From an uncultured Prevotellaceae bacterium (GTDB taxonomy: Bacteria > Bacteroidota > Bacteroidia > Bacteroidales > Bacteroidaceae): 64,000 nt of DNA. The notes beneath the pieces are model-generated. The model was not told the DNA's origin. It searched no databases and was given only the letters and a program-made list of their open reading frames with translations. The stretch is from the NCBI GenBank assembly GCA_900316645.1, contig ONDP01000007.1, forward strand, positions 4,893 to 68,892. Reading direction: 5' to 3'. Numbering within the stretch: position 1 is the first letter of the stretch; each line of letters begins with the position of its first letter. Both the position numbers and the translations under genes were made by a program. Of the stretch, positions 51,302 to 60,759 are shown piece by piece.

Positions 51302-53809
51302 TTAATTCCTGAATACCAGTCCTTCACCGAATTCGTCGATGACGATGGGCTTTGAGCGATCCACCTCGTCAGCCAGTATCTTGCGCGAGAGTTCGTTGAG
51401 CACCAAGTGCTGGATGGCCCGTTTCACTGGTCGTGCTCCGAAGTCGGGATCATATCCCTCCTGAGCCAGATAGTTGACAGCAGCATCGGTAATGTCGAGT
51501 TTGATGCCCTGAGGCTCCAGCATGTCCGTCAGTCGTCGCATCTGCAGGCGCACCACATCGGCAATCTGTTCCTTCGTCAGTTGCTGGAAGGTAATGATTT
51601 CGTCGATACGGTTCAAGAACTCTGGTCGCATCGTCATTCGCAGCTGTTCACGCGTAGCGTTCGAAGTCATGATGATAATCGTGTTCTTGAAGTTGGCTGT
51701 TCTGCCCTTATTGTCAGTCAGTCGCCCATCGTCCAGCACCTGCAGCAGGATGTTGAACACGTCTGGGTGTGCTTTTTCGATTTCGTCGAAAAGTACAACA
51801 CTGTAGGGCTTGCGACGCACAGCCTCCGTCAGCTGTCCACCCTCATCGTAGCCAACATATCCCGGAGGTGCACCAATCAGTCGGCTCACGGTATGCTTCT
51901 CCTGATACTCCGACATATCGATACGCGTCATCATGGTCTCGTCATTGAACAGGTATTCTGCCAGCGCCTTTGCCAATTCCGTCTTACCGACACCCGTTGT
52001 ACCAAGGAAGATAAACGAGGCAATAGGACGCTTCGGGTCTTGCAGTCCTGCACGTGAACGGCGCACGGCATCACTCACAGCCACAATGGCCTCGTCCTGT
52101 CCGATTACACGCTTGTGCAGTTCCTCCTCCAGATGGAGCAGTTTCTCACGTTCGCTCTGCATCATACGGTTCACAGGGATTCCCGTCCAACGACTTACCA
52201 CCTCGGCTATATCGTCGGCAGTCACCTCCTCGCGTACCATCGCGTTACCGTCCTGAGCAGAAGCCAACTGAGCCTGAATACTCTTGATATCGTCTTCGAG
52301 CATCTTCAGTTTCGAGTAGCGTATCTCTGCCACCTTACCGTAGTCGCCTTCGCGCTCAGCACGTTCAGCCTCATACTTCAAACGCTCTATCTCCTGCTTG
52401 TCCTGCTGGATTTTGTTTACTAGTTGGCGCTCGCCTTCCCACTTAGCACGGAACTGCTGTTCCTGTTCACGCAGTTCAGCTATATCCTTGTCCAGCTGGG
52501 CAATCTTAGGTTCGTCGCCTTCACGCTTAATCGCCTCACGCTCAATCTCCAGCTGTGCCAATCGACGGGTAATCTCGTCCAGTTCCTCAGGCACGGAGTC
52601 ACGTTCCATACGCAGTTTGGCAGCAGCCTCGTCCATCAGGTCAATCGCCTTGTCAGGCAGGAAACGCTCGGAGATGTAACGCTCCGAGAGTTGGACGGCA
52701 GCAATACATGCATCGTCCTGGATACGCACCTTATGGTGGTTCTCGTAACGCTCTTTCAGTCCACGGAGAATGGAGATAGCCGACAGTTCGTCAGGCTCGT
52801 CCACCATCACCGTCTGGAATCGGCGCTCAAGAGCCTTATCCTTCTCGAAGTATTTCTGATACTCGTTCAGCGTCGTAGCACCGATGGCACGCAACTCGCC
52901 ACGCGCCAAAGCCGGTTTCAGAATGTTGGCAGCGTCCATAGCGCCCTCGCCACCACCGGCACCCACCAAGGTATGAATCTCGTCGATGAAGAGGATGATG
53001 CGTCCTTCCGATTTCGTCACCTCATTGATCACGCTCTTCAGACGTTCCTCAAATTCACCCTTGTATTTCGCACCAGCCACCAGCGCACCCATATCCAGCG
53101 AATACAGTTGCTTCTCCTTCAGGTTTTCGGGCACGTCGCCACGGACAATACGCTGGGCAAGTCCCTCCACAATGGCAGTCTTACCAGTACCAGGTTCACC
53201 TATCAGTATCGGGTTGTTCTTCGTACGACGTGACAGGATCTGAAGCACACGGCGAATCTCGTCGTCACGTCCTATCACTGGGTCGAGCTTTCCCTGTCTG
53301 GCCAGTTCCACCAGATTCTTGGCATATTTCTCCAGACTCTGATAGTTCTCGTCACCACTCTGCGACTGCACCTTCTGTCCTTGGCGCAGTTCCTGTATGG
53401 CTGCACGCAGTTCCTTCTCAGCAACGCCTGCATCCTTCAGGATGCGTCCTGCTGTAGCACCCTCCGTGAGCAGTGCCAGGATAATGGGCTCACACGACAC
53501 GAATTCGTCGCCCATCTGGTGAGCATAGTCCTGCGACTTCAGCAACACCTTATTGGCATCACTCGACAGATAAGGTTCCCCACCCTGCACGCGAGGCAGG
53601 TGTTGCAGTTCCTGCTGTATCAACATCTCTATCTGCTGACCATTGACGCCAAGTTTCTGGAACAGGAAGTTTGTCACATCCTTTGCCTTTGCCATCACGC
53701 CAGCCAACAGATGAGTCGGTTCTATGGTCTGCTGACCATTTCGCTGCGCAGTATTGACAGCCTCCTTTACCGCCTCCTGCGCCTTGATTGTGAATTTGTC
53801 TAATGTCAT
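51302..53809 (-). CDS. clpB: ATP-dependent disaggregase ClpB
   Basis: Two AAA+ domains ([16 protein letters not shown]), middle coiled coil, GYVGY pore loop, GARPVKR. Confidence 0.96.
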   Translation of the reverse strand: MTLDKFTIKAQEAVKEAVNTAQRNGQQTIEPTHLLAGVMAKAKDVTNFLFQKLGVNGQQIEMLIQQELQHLPRVQGGEPYLSSDANKVLLKSQDYAHQMGDEFVSCEPIILALLTEGATAGRILKDAGVAEKELRAAIQELRQGQKVQSQSGDENYQSLEKYAKNLVELARQGKLDPVIGRDDEIRRVLQILSRRTKNNPILIGEPGTGKTAIVEGLAQRIVRGDVPENLKEKQLYSLDMGALVAGAKYKGEFEERLKSVINEVTKSEGRIILFIDEIHTLVGAGGGEGAMDAANILKPALARGELRAIGATTLNEYQKYFEKDKALERRFQTVMVDEPDELSAISILRGLKERYENHHKVRIQDDACIAAVQLSERYISERFLPDKAIDLMDEAAAKLRMERDSVPEELDEITRRLAQLEIEREAIKREGDEPKIAQLDKDIAELREQEQQFRAKWEGERQLVNKIQQDKQEIERLKYEAERAEREGDYGKVAEIRYSKLKMLEDDIKSIQAQLASAQDGNAMVREEVTADDIAEVVSRWTGIPVNRMMQSEREKLLHLEEELHKRVIGQDEAIVAVSDAVRRSRAGLQDPKRPIASFIFLGTTGVGKTELAKALAEYLFNDETMMTRIDMSEYQEKHTVSRLIGAPPGYVGYDEGGQLTEAVRRKPYSVVLFDEIEKAHPDVFNILLQVLDDGRLTDNKGRTANFKNTIIIMTSNATREQLRMTMRPEFLNRIDEIITFQQLTKEQIADVVRLQMRRLTDMLEPQGIKLDITDAAVNYLAQEGYDPDFGARPVKRAIQHLVLNELSRKILADEVDRSKPIVIDEFGEGLVFRN

Positions 53810-53852
53810 AATTTTATCCTCCTATTATTTAAATTTTTCTACCAACGAACGC

Positions 53853-53918
53853 ACAAACACCATGCCGACCAACCGAAAACCGACAAAATGACACAACTCA
53901 ACGCCATTCTGTCGGTTT
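53853..53918 (-). promoter_or_regulatory. Candidate sigma54-like promoter and inverted-repeat operator for clpB
   Basis: Minus strand CGGCATGGTGTTTGT at 53867-53853. Inverted repeat AAACCGACAAAATGAC / GCCATTCTGTCGGTTT, 14/16. Confidence 0.45.
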
Positions 53919-54002
53919 CAATTTCCCCTGTTCAATTACAGCCCATTGGCAATGGTCAATATTTCCTCATTTATTATTTATTTCTATCTTTTCGAGGTTT
54001 TT

Positions 54003-54068
54003 TATAGAGATAGAGCAGAATAATATACAAATAGGACAGTAAAAATAGAGTATTATCCATTAATTTTG
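54003..54068 (+). promoter_or_regulatory. AraC-RND operon promoter with a tandem 21-bp repeat
   Basis: TATAGAGATAGAGCAGAATAA / TATACAAATAGGACAGTAAAA (15/21), then TAATTTTG at 54061-54068. Confidence 0.45.
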
Positions 54069-54114
54069 CGCCCAGAAGCAGAAAAAAAACGAACAGCATA
54101 GAAATATCAGCATC

Positions 54115-55014
54115 ATGGATATAAAGGATTATAAGCCCCGCAGAGGAGACGATACTTATAGAATAGGTGACAGTGACGATCTGGTCGTGATGGAGAATAT
54201 TAAGGCCATCCCCACGGGTGGCATGTGTCAGCAAAACCATGGCATTATCTTCATTTGCACTGCAGGCAGGGCACAGTTCGAATACGATGGCCATGCAGTG
54301 CAGCTACAAAAGGACGATCTGTTTCTCTATATGGCCCACAGCACGGTATGCAACATCCTGACATCACCTGATTTTAACTGTCGTCAGATTTGGTTCTCTC
54401 GCAGTGAACTTTGGAACATCGAAATCTACAATCTCATCAGCGTGGCAGATATGTCGCACCTCAAACTGCATCCTGTCGTCCATCTCAACGATGAAGACAT
54501 CACGCTTTGCGACACCTATTTCCAGTTGCTGTGCAACAGGATAAAGACATCGACATCTATGCTCACCCCCAATATCGTACGTTCACTCTTAGGTACCATG
54601 ATGCTGGAATTGCTGTCTATCATGCGACGAAATTCAGAGCAGGCCACTGAGCAGATTCGGCAGGAGGGTCCCAACACCAGTCTTCACAAGAAACGGATTA
54701 TCGACGATTTTATGAAGTTAGTGGAGGAGAGCGACGGTCGCATCCGCAGGGTGGACGAATTTGCCAACCTACTGAACATCACGCCCAAATATCTGTCAAC
54801 CATTATCAAGGAAGTGATGAACCGCAGGCCAAGCACCTATATACAGCTCTATACCATGAAGGCTATCGAGTATCGTCTGCGCTTCACGGATATGACGATG
54901 CAGGAAATATCGAACGACTTGAGATTTCCCAATCCCTCGTTCTTTGGCAAATACTGCAAGGAACACTTGGGCATGACACCGATGGAATATCGTATGAAAT
55001 ATCATAATAAATAA
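54115..55014 (+). CDS. AraC-family transcriptional regulator
   Basis: C-terminal ITPKYLS..IK and F.NPSFFGKY.K..LGMTP..YR double HTH. Confidence 0.92.
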   Translation: MDIKDYKPRRGDDTYRIGDSDDLVVMENIKAIPTGGMCQQNHGIIFICTAGRAQFEYDGHAVQLQKDDLFLYMAHSTVCNILTSPDFNCRQIWFSRSELWNIEIYNLISVADMSHLKLHPVVHLNDEDITLCDTYFQLLCNRIKTSTSMLTPNIVRSLLGTMMLELLSIMRRNSEQATEQIRQEGPNTSLHKKRIIDDFMKLVEESDGRIRRVDEFANLLNITPKYLSTIIKEVMNRRPSTYIQLYTMKAIEYRLRFTDMTMQEISNDLRFPNPSFFGKYCKEHLGMTPMEYRMKYHNK

Positions 55015-55024
55015 TAATAGGTAT

Positions 55025-56050
55025 ATGAAAACAATTCGGACTATTTTGACGATGATGGTGCTAGTGGCACTCGTCAGTTGTGGTGGAAAAAAAGAGACCG
55101 CTCAGGAACAGACGGTCAGAGTGAAGGTTCAACAGATCCAAACGGAAGCAGTTAATGGTGAGCAGGGTTTCTCAGGCACGATTGAGGAGTCGAGTGGCAC
55201 CTCGTTGTCGTTTGCTGTGTCAGGAACTATCAAAAGGATTTATGTCAGTGCCGGACAGACGGTTGGTGCTGGACAGCTGATTGCTGAACTGGACCCTACG
55301 ACGCTGCAGCATGCCTACACCATTTCGAAGACTTCACTGGAGCAGGCACAAGACGTTTACAACCGTATGAAGGAACTGCACGATGCAGGATCGCTGCCTG
55401 AGATGCAGTGGATTCAAATAGAGAATCAGTTGAAGACTGCAACAGCATCAGAAGCAATGGCTAGGAAGTCGCTGTCTGACACAAGGCTCCACGCTCCTTT
55501 CAGTGGCTATATTGCCTCGAAGGATGCTGAAATGGGACAAGTTGCCGGTCCTGGTATTTCTATTGTGAAGTTGGTCAACATCGGTAGTGTGAAGGTGAAA
55601 ATCTCTGTGCCTGAGGGTGACGTTCAGCGCATTACCAAGGGATCGTCCATGAAGATTGTCGTACCCGCATTGGACAACCGTGAGTTCTCCGGCCTTGTGA
55701 CAGAGCGCGGCGTGAGTGCCGATCCCCGCTCAAGAACATACGAGGTGAAGGCTACCATCCAGAATCATGACGGTCAGCTGCTGCCAGGCATGATCTGTCA
55801 GGCATTCACAAACTATATGCAGGGCACGATGGGCGTGTTTGTCCCTGCCAATCTGGTACAGCTCGACGGTGACAACAAGACCTTCGTCTGGGTAGTCAAC
55901 GGCGGAAAGGCCGTGAAACGTGAGATTACCATCAGCGGTGAGACTGCTCAGGGTGCACAAGTCAGTGGAGGACTCTCTGCTGGCGATCAGCTCATCGTCT
56001 CTGGCCAGCAGAAGGTGAGCAACGGCATGAGCGTAGAGATTGTTAAGTGA
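55025..56050 (+). CDS. RND efflux periplasmic adaptor (lipoprotein)
   Basis: Lipobox LVSC; LSF.VSGTI, APFSG and LLPGM motifs. Confidence 0.92.
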   Translation: MKTIRTILTMMVLVALVSCGGKKETAQEQTVRVKVQQIQTEAVNGEQGFSGTIEESSGTSLSFAVSGTIKRIYVSAGQTVGAGQLIAELDPTTLQHAYTISKTSLEQAQDVYNRMKELHDAGSLPEMQWIQIENQLKTATASEAMARKSLSDTRLHAPFSGYIASKDAEMGQVAGPGISIVKLVNIGSVKVKISVPEGDVQRITKGSSMKIVVPALDNREFSGLVTERGVSADPRSRTYEVKATIQNHDGQLLPGMICQAFTNYMQGTMGVFVPANLVQLDGDNKTFVWVVNGGKAVKREITISGETAQGAQVSGGLSAGDQLIVSGQQKVSNGMSVEIVK

Positions 56051-56093
56051 AAAGTGAAAAGTGAATAGTGAAAAGTGAATAATTTGCTACCGC
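56046..56093 (+). repeat. Heptamer array and 43-bp dispersed element, copy 2
   Basis: TGA every 7 nt from the adaptor stop (56048-56076), then AATTTGCTACCGC. 56051-56093 is 41/43 identical to the reverse complement of 1533-1575. Confidence 0.85.
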
Positions 56094-56097
56094 TACT

Positions 56098-59000
56098 ATG
56101 GAAGAGAATAATGAGAAAAAAATGAGTCTGCAGGAGTGGTCGATGCACTACCGGCAGATCATCATACTGCTTGTGAGCTGCTTAGTGGCTCTGGGCATCT
56201 TTGGCTTGGCGAATATCAACAAGAACGAGTTCCCCGACTTCACCATCCGTCAGGGCATCGTGATAGCCGCCTATCCTGGTGTTACTGCACAGGAGATGGA
56301 GGAACAGGTGACCAAGCCGCTGGAGAAATACATCTTTCAATATCGTGAGGTAAAGAAGGAGAAGACCGTTTCCTATTCGAAAGACGGACTCTGTATCATT
56401 CAGGTGGAGCTGAACGATGACCTGACGAACAAGGATGAGTTCTGGTCGAAGTTCAAGCATGGCGTGCAGGGATTCAAGTCTCAGTTGCCAAGTGGTGTCT
56501 TAGCCATTATTGTGAACGATGACTTCGGCGATACCTCAGCCCTGCTGTTGGCTATGGAGTCGAAGGATAAGACCTATCGTGAACTGAATGACTACATGAA
56601 CACCCTTATCGACTCGCTCCGCATGATTAAGAGCGTGGGTAAGATGAGTGTCTTCGGACTGCAGCACGACCAGATCAGTATCTATATCGACAGCGACAAG
56701 CTGTCACACTACGGCATCAGCTACCTGACGATTGCCCAGATGCTGCGAGGCAAGGGCTTTGTAACGACAGCCGGCCGTGTGAAGAACAATGATTATAAGT
56801 CGCCTATCTATGTGGATCATGCCCTTAACAAGATCTACGATGTGGAGAATACGCTGATCTACACGGACGGAAAAGGCAACAACGTGCGACTGAAGGATGT
56901 GGCTACCGTCAAGCGTGAGTATCCCAAGAAGACCTCTTTTATCACCAGCAACGGCACGAAATGTCTGCTCCTGTCGGTGGAAATCAAGAAGGGCCAGGAC
57001 GTGTCGAAGATGGGTTCAGAGATCAACGAGAAACTGGCCAACTTCAAGAAAGACATCCCCAACGACGTACAGCTGACAACCATTACCGACCAGAAGAAGG
57101 TGGTTGACAACTCCATCGAGAACTTCCTGCACGAGTTGCTGATAGCCATCACGACGGTGATTCTTGTGGTTGTACTCATCATGCCTGTGCGTGTGGCGAT
57201 GGTGGCAGCAGGCACCATGCCTATCACCATCTTTATCTCGTTAGGCACGTTCTACATGTTCGGCATCGAGTTGAACACCGTGACGCTGGCGGCTTTGATT
57301 GTGACCTTGGGAATGATTGTGGACGACTCCATCGTCATCATCGACTCCTATATGGAGATGATGGCTGAGGGCAAGCCGCGCTTGCAGGCCAGTATCGATG
57401 CCACCGTCCACTTCCTGAAGTCTATCTTCACCGCTACACTGTGTATCTCGGTGACGTTCTTCCCCTTCCTCATTGTGATGTCTGGACAGTTCCACGACTT
57501 CCTGCTCTCCTTCCCTTGGGCCATCAGTATCGTGCTTTTCATCTCGATGATCATCGCACAGACACTGCTGCCCATCCTGCAGTACTTCTTCATCACCAAG
57601 CCCATCGAGGCCGCCAAGCCGAAGAACGGCAAGAAGCCTTTCAATCTGCTCGACGTGATGGATAAATATTATAAGGTGTTGCTCGCCTGGTGCTTCCGCC
57701 ATCCGTGGGCAACCATTGCTATGGGTGCAGCCGGATTCGTCATCGGATGCCTGATGTTCCTTAAGATACCTCAGAAGATGATGCCTATCGCCGACCGCGA
57801 CCAGTTTGCCGTAGAGATATACCTGCCTCTCGGTACTACCATTGAGCGTACCACAGCAGTGGCCGACTCGCTGGAGCACATGATTGGCAAGGACGAACGT
57901 GTCGTGGGTATCGCCTCCTTTAAGGGCTGTGCGTCACCCCGTTTCCATACGTCATACGCCCCACAGTTCGCCGATGAGAGCTATGCGCAGTTCATCGTCA
58001 ATACCAAGAGTAACGAAGCCACCGCACAGCTGGTCGATGAGTGTACGGAGAAATACAGCAAGATGTTCCCTGAGGCTTACGTGAAGATCAAGCAGCTGAG
58101 TTTCAGCAGTTGTGCAGTGCCCATCGAGGTGCGTCTGAAGAGCAATAACCTCAGTGACCTGAGAAACTACTCCGACAGCATTGTCCAGATTCTGCGTGAG
58201 ATGCCGGAGCTGATGCTCGTACGCAGCAACATGTTGGAGCCGTTGGCTGCCACCCGTATCAAGATTGATGACGAGAAAGCCAGCCGGTTGGGCATCACCA
58301 ATGAGGACGTAGAGTTGCAGATGGCCTTCCGCTATGGTGATGGTCTTACCGTCAGCACGGCTTGGGAGGGTGACTACGATATCAACGTGAAGCTGAAGAC
58401 CCAGGATGCCGATCACGCCACGAAGCAGGATGTGATGGACGAGTTGATACCTATTGGTATCTCTGCAGCCCTTCCCACGAATGTCGATGAATTGAAGAGT
58501 GTGGCTACGAGTAGCAGTTTCATGCCCAGCATCCCTCTGCGTCAGTTTGCTGATGTCGTTCCCACTTGGCAGTATGGCCAGATTTGCCACCGCAACGGTC
58601 TGCGCACCGTTACCGTGATGGCCGAAGTGACCCGTGGTCTGAACGACGGCATCGTGACCAAGAAGATTATGGAGCGTCTGGCCGACTTCAAGCTGCCCGA
58701 GGGAATGCAGATGGAGTACGGTGGACAGTATGAGGCCGACAACGAGACAGGTCCTCAGATTGCCAGTGCCCTCGTCATGTCCGTCATGATTATCTTCTTC
58801 GTGCTGCTGTGGCACTTCAAGAAGGTCAGCGAGGCCTTGCTGATCATGGTCTGCCTCATACTCTGTGTGTTCGGTATGGCTGTCGGCCTGGTCATCCAGG
58901 GCGTAGAGTTCTCAATGACCAGTGTCTTGGGCTTCGTCTCGCTCATGGGTATCTTGGTACGAAACGGCGTTATCCTCTTCGACTATGCCGCCGAGGTGAA

Positions 59001-59241
59001 GGAGCTGGAGAAGCTCTCGCTCAAGGATGCCATCCACGTGGCAGCAGAGCGCCGTATGCGTCCTATCTTCCTGACATCGGCAGCAGCCTCCATGGGTGTG
59101 GTACCGATGATTCTCGGTGGCAGTGCCCTTTGGGTGCCCATGGGTGCCGTCATCTGTTACGGTACGCTCCTTACCATGTTCTTCATCCTGACAGTAATGC
59201 CTGTCGCTTACTGGAAGGTCATGGGAAAGAGTGAGAAGTAA
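56098..59241 (+). CDS. RND efflux transporter permease (AcrB/CzcA family)
   Basis: 1047 aa; YPG.T..EME.QVT.PLE, GMIVDDSIV, GILVRNGV and RMRPIFLTS motifs. Confidence 0.94.
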   Translation: MEENNEKKMSLQEWSMHYRQIIILLVSCLVALGIFGLANINKNEFPDFTIRQGIVIAAYPGVTAQEMEEQVTKPLEKYIFQYREVKKEKTVSYSKDGLCIIQVELNDDLTNKDEFWSKFKHGVQGFKSQLPSGVLAIIVNDDFGDTSALLLAMESKDKTYRELNDYMNTLIDSLRMIKSVGKMSVFGLQHDQISIYIDSDKLSHYGISYLTIAQMLRGKGFVTTAGRVKNNDYKSPIYVDHALNKIYDVENTLIYTDGKGNNVRLKDVATVKREYPKKTSFITSNGTKCLLLSVEIKKGQDVSKMGSEINEKLANFKKDIPNDVQLTTITDQKKVVDNSIENFLHELLIAITTVILVVVLIMPVRVAMVAAGTMPITIFISLGTFYMFGIELNTVTLAALIVTLGMIVDDSIVIIDSYMEMMAEGKPRLQASIDATVHFLKSIFTATLCISVTFFPFLIVMSGQFHDFLLSFPWAISIVLFISMIIAQTLLPILQYFFITKPIEAAKPKNGKKPFNLLDVMDKYYKVLLAWCFRHPWATIAMGAAGFVIGCLMFLKIPQKMMPIADRDQFAVEIYLPLGTTIERTTAVADSLEHMIGKDERVVGIASFKGCASPRFHTSYAPQFADESYAQFIVNTKSNEATAQLVDECTEKYSKMFPEAYVKIKQLSFSSCAVPIEVRLKSNNLSDLRNYSDSIVQILREMPELMLVRSNMLEPLAATRIKIDDEKASRLGITNEDVELQMAFRYGDGLTVSTAWEGDYDINVKLKTQDADHATKQDVMDELIPIGISAALPTNVDELKSVATSSSFMPSIPLRQFADVVPTWQYGQICHRNGLRTVTVMAEVTRGLNDGIVTKKIMERLADFKLPEGMQMEYGGQYEADNETGPQIASALVMSVMIIFFVLLWHFKKVSEALLIMVCLILCVFGMAVGLVIQGVEFSMTSVLGFVSLMGILVRNGVILFDYAAEVKELEKLSLKDAIHVAAERRMRPIFLTSAAASMGVVPMILGGSALWVPMGAVICYGTLLTMFFILTVMPVAYWKVMGKSEK

Positions 59242-59275
59242 AGTTTAGAGTTTAGAGTTAATAGTTTAGAGTTAA
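59239..59275 (+). repeat. Heptamer array (TAGAGTT) filling the RND-tolC gap
   Basis: taaagtttagagtttagagttaatagtttagagttaa, starting at the permease stop. Same unit as 5417-5450. Confidence 0.8.
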
Positions 59276-59276
59276 A

Positions 59277-60620
59277 ATGAAAAAGATATTAACCGTTATA
59301 TGTTGTTCCGTATGCTGCGGCTTTGCTGCAGCACAAGGAACGTATTCTTTGGAGCAGCTGAAGCAGCTGGCCGTTGAGAACAACTACAACCTCCGTTCTG
59401 CCCGTAATGCCATCCAGCAGTCGAAGGAGCAGAAGAAGGAGGCTTTCACCAAGTATTTCCCCACCGTCTCGGCAACGGGTTTAGGCGTCACCATGAATAA
59501 GTACCTTTTAGAGGCCGACCTCAGCTTACCTGATAATGTAGCAAGTCTGCTGCCCGCTGGCGTCAGCGCCGCGTGGCCTTCCAGTGTCGCCTTTATGAAG
59601 AATGGCGTGTTCGCCTCTGTCAGTGCTATCCAACCAGTATTCATGGGCGGACAGATTATCAATGGCAACAAGCTGGCAAAGGTAGGTGTAGAGGCGAGCG
59701 AGATCCAACTTGAGGCCTCTGAAGATCAGGTGGAGATGAGCACCGAGCGATACTACTGGCAGGTGGTGTCTGTCAAGCAGAAACTGCTGACGCTGAACGC
59801 CATCCATCAGATGCTGACGGAGTTGGAGAAAGACGTCAGCAACAGGGTACGCGTAGGTGTCGTTAACCGCAACGACCTGTTGCAGGTGCAGCTGCGCAAG
59901 GGCGAAGTGGAGAGTTCGCAACTGGAGGCAGAGAGCTCTCTGAGCACCCTCAGCCAGCTCCTGGCACAGCATGTCGGCATCGCCAATCAGTCGTTCGACG
60001 TGGTTGTTCCTGCCGATCTCGTCAATATGGGCAAGTCCGGTGAGCCCGCCATCCCTGCCAATTTGCGCCAAGACCATCAGTCGGCCTTGAATGCCACACC
60101 GCAGTACCGCCTGTTGGAGAAGAATGTTGAGGTGCAACGCCTGCAGCACATGATGAAGGTCGGTTCTAATATGCCCAAGGTGGGTGTCGGTGCTGAATAC
60201 AGCTGGAACAACTTCATTAACAACAACGGCCGTGGCACAGGCATGCTCTTTGCCTTCGTCCAGATACCCATCAGCGGCTGGTGGGGCGGCTCACATGCCA
60301 TCAAGAAGCAGAAGATAGCCCTTGAGGATGCCCGTGAAGAAATGACTGACAAAGGTCAGAAACTCGTCATCCACATGAACAGTGCCTGGGCTGCCGTAGA
60401 GACCAGTCACAAGAAACTGCTCATTGCCCACGATGCCGTTGCTCAGGCAGAGGAGAATCTGCGACTGAATAAAGACTACTATCGTGTGGGCACCACCAAG
60501 ATGAGCGACCTGCTGTTGGCTGAGCAACAGTATCAGCAGGCCTGCGACCGCTATACCGACGCCTATGCGACCATGCAGACCAAGATTCTGGAATACCGTC
60601 AGGCTACCGGACAGGAATAA
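59277..60620 (+). CDS. TolC-family outer-membrane efflux protein
   Basis: Signal peptide, OEP repeats, QIPISGWW. Confidence 0.9.
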   Translation: MKKILTVICCSVCCGFAAAQGTYSLEQLKQLAVENNYNLRSARNAIQQSKEQKKEAFTKYFPTVSATGLGVTMNKYLLEADLSLPDNVASLLPAGVSAAWPSSVAFMKNGVFASVSAIQPVFMGGQIINGNKLAKVGVEASEIQLEASEDQVEMSTERYYWQVVSVKQKLLTLNAIHQMLTELEKDVSNRVRVGVVNRNDLLQVQLRKGEVESSQLEAESSLSTLSQLLAQHVGIANQSFDVVVPADLVNMGKSGEPAIPANLRQDHQSALNATPQYRLLEKNVEVQRLQHMMKVGSNMPKVGVGAEYSWNNFINNNGRGTGMLFAFVQIPISGWWGGSHAIKKQKIALEDAREEMTDKGQKLVIHMNSAWAAVETSHKKLLIAHDAVAQAEENLRLNKDYYRVGTTKMSDLLLAEQQYQQACDRYTDAYATMQTKILEYRQATGQE

Positions 60621-60636
60621 GGGAAAGCTGCGATTA

Positions 60637-60700
60637 AGCGAGAGCAGAGCGATGCTTGCATCAGCTATGCCGAGCGTGAGCAGGTTCGATGTGAAACATC
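60637..60700. other. Structured intergenic element (REP/MITE-like or ncRNA candidate)
   Basis: Direct repeats AGCG(A/T)GAGCAG, hairpin with CTTG loop at 60644-60670, second hairpin GATGT-GAA-ACATC. Confidence 0.5.
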
Positions 60701-60713
60701 AAAAGTGAAAAAT

Positions 60714-60750
60714 TAAGTTCATAGTTCATAGTTCATAGTTCATAGTTCAT
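60714..60750 (+). repeat. Heptamer array (ATAGTTC)x4
   Basis: Perfect ATAGTTC units at 60721-60748, just before the ATG at 60760. Confidence 0.9.
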
Positions 60751-60759
60751 TGTGAAAAG

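Noticed and set aside
60621-60712. Known self-cleaving ribozyme or tRNA
   Set aside because: I could not find a hammerhead CUGANGA core, a convincing pistol, twister or HDV fold, or a cloverleaf by eye.
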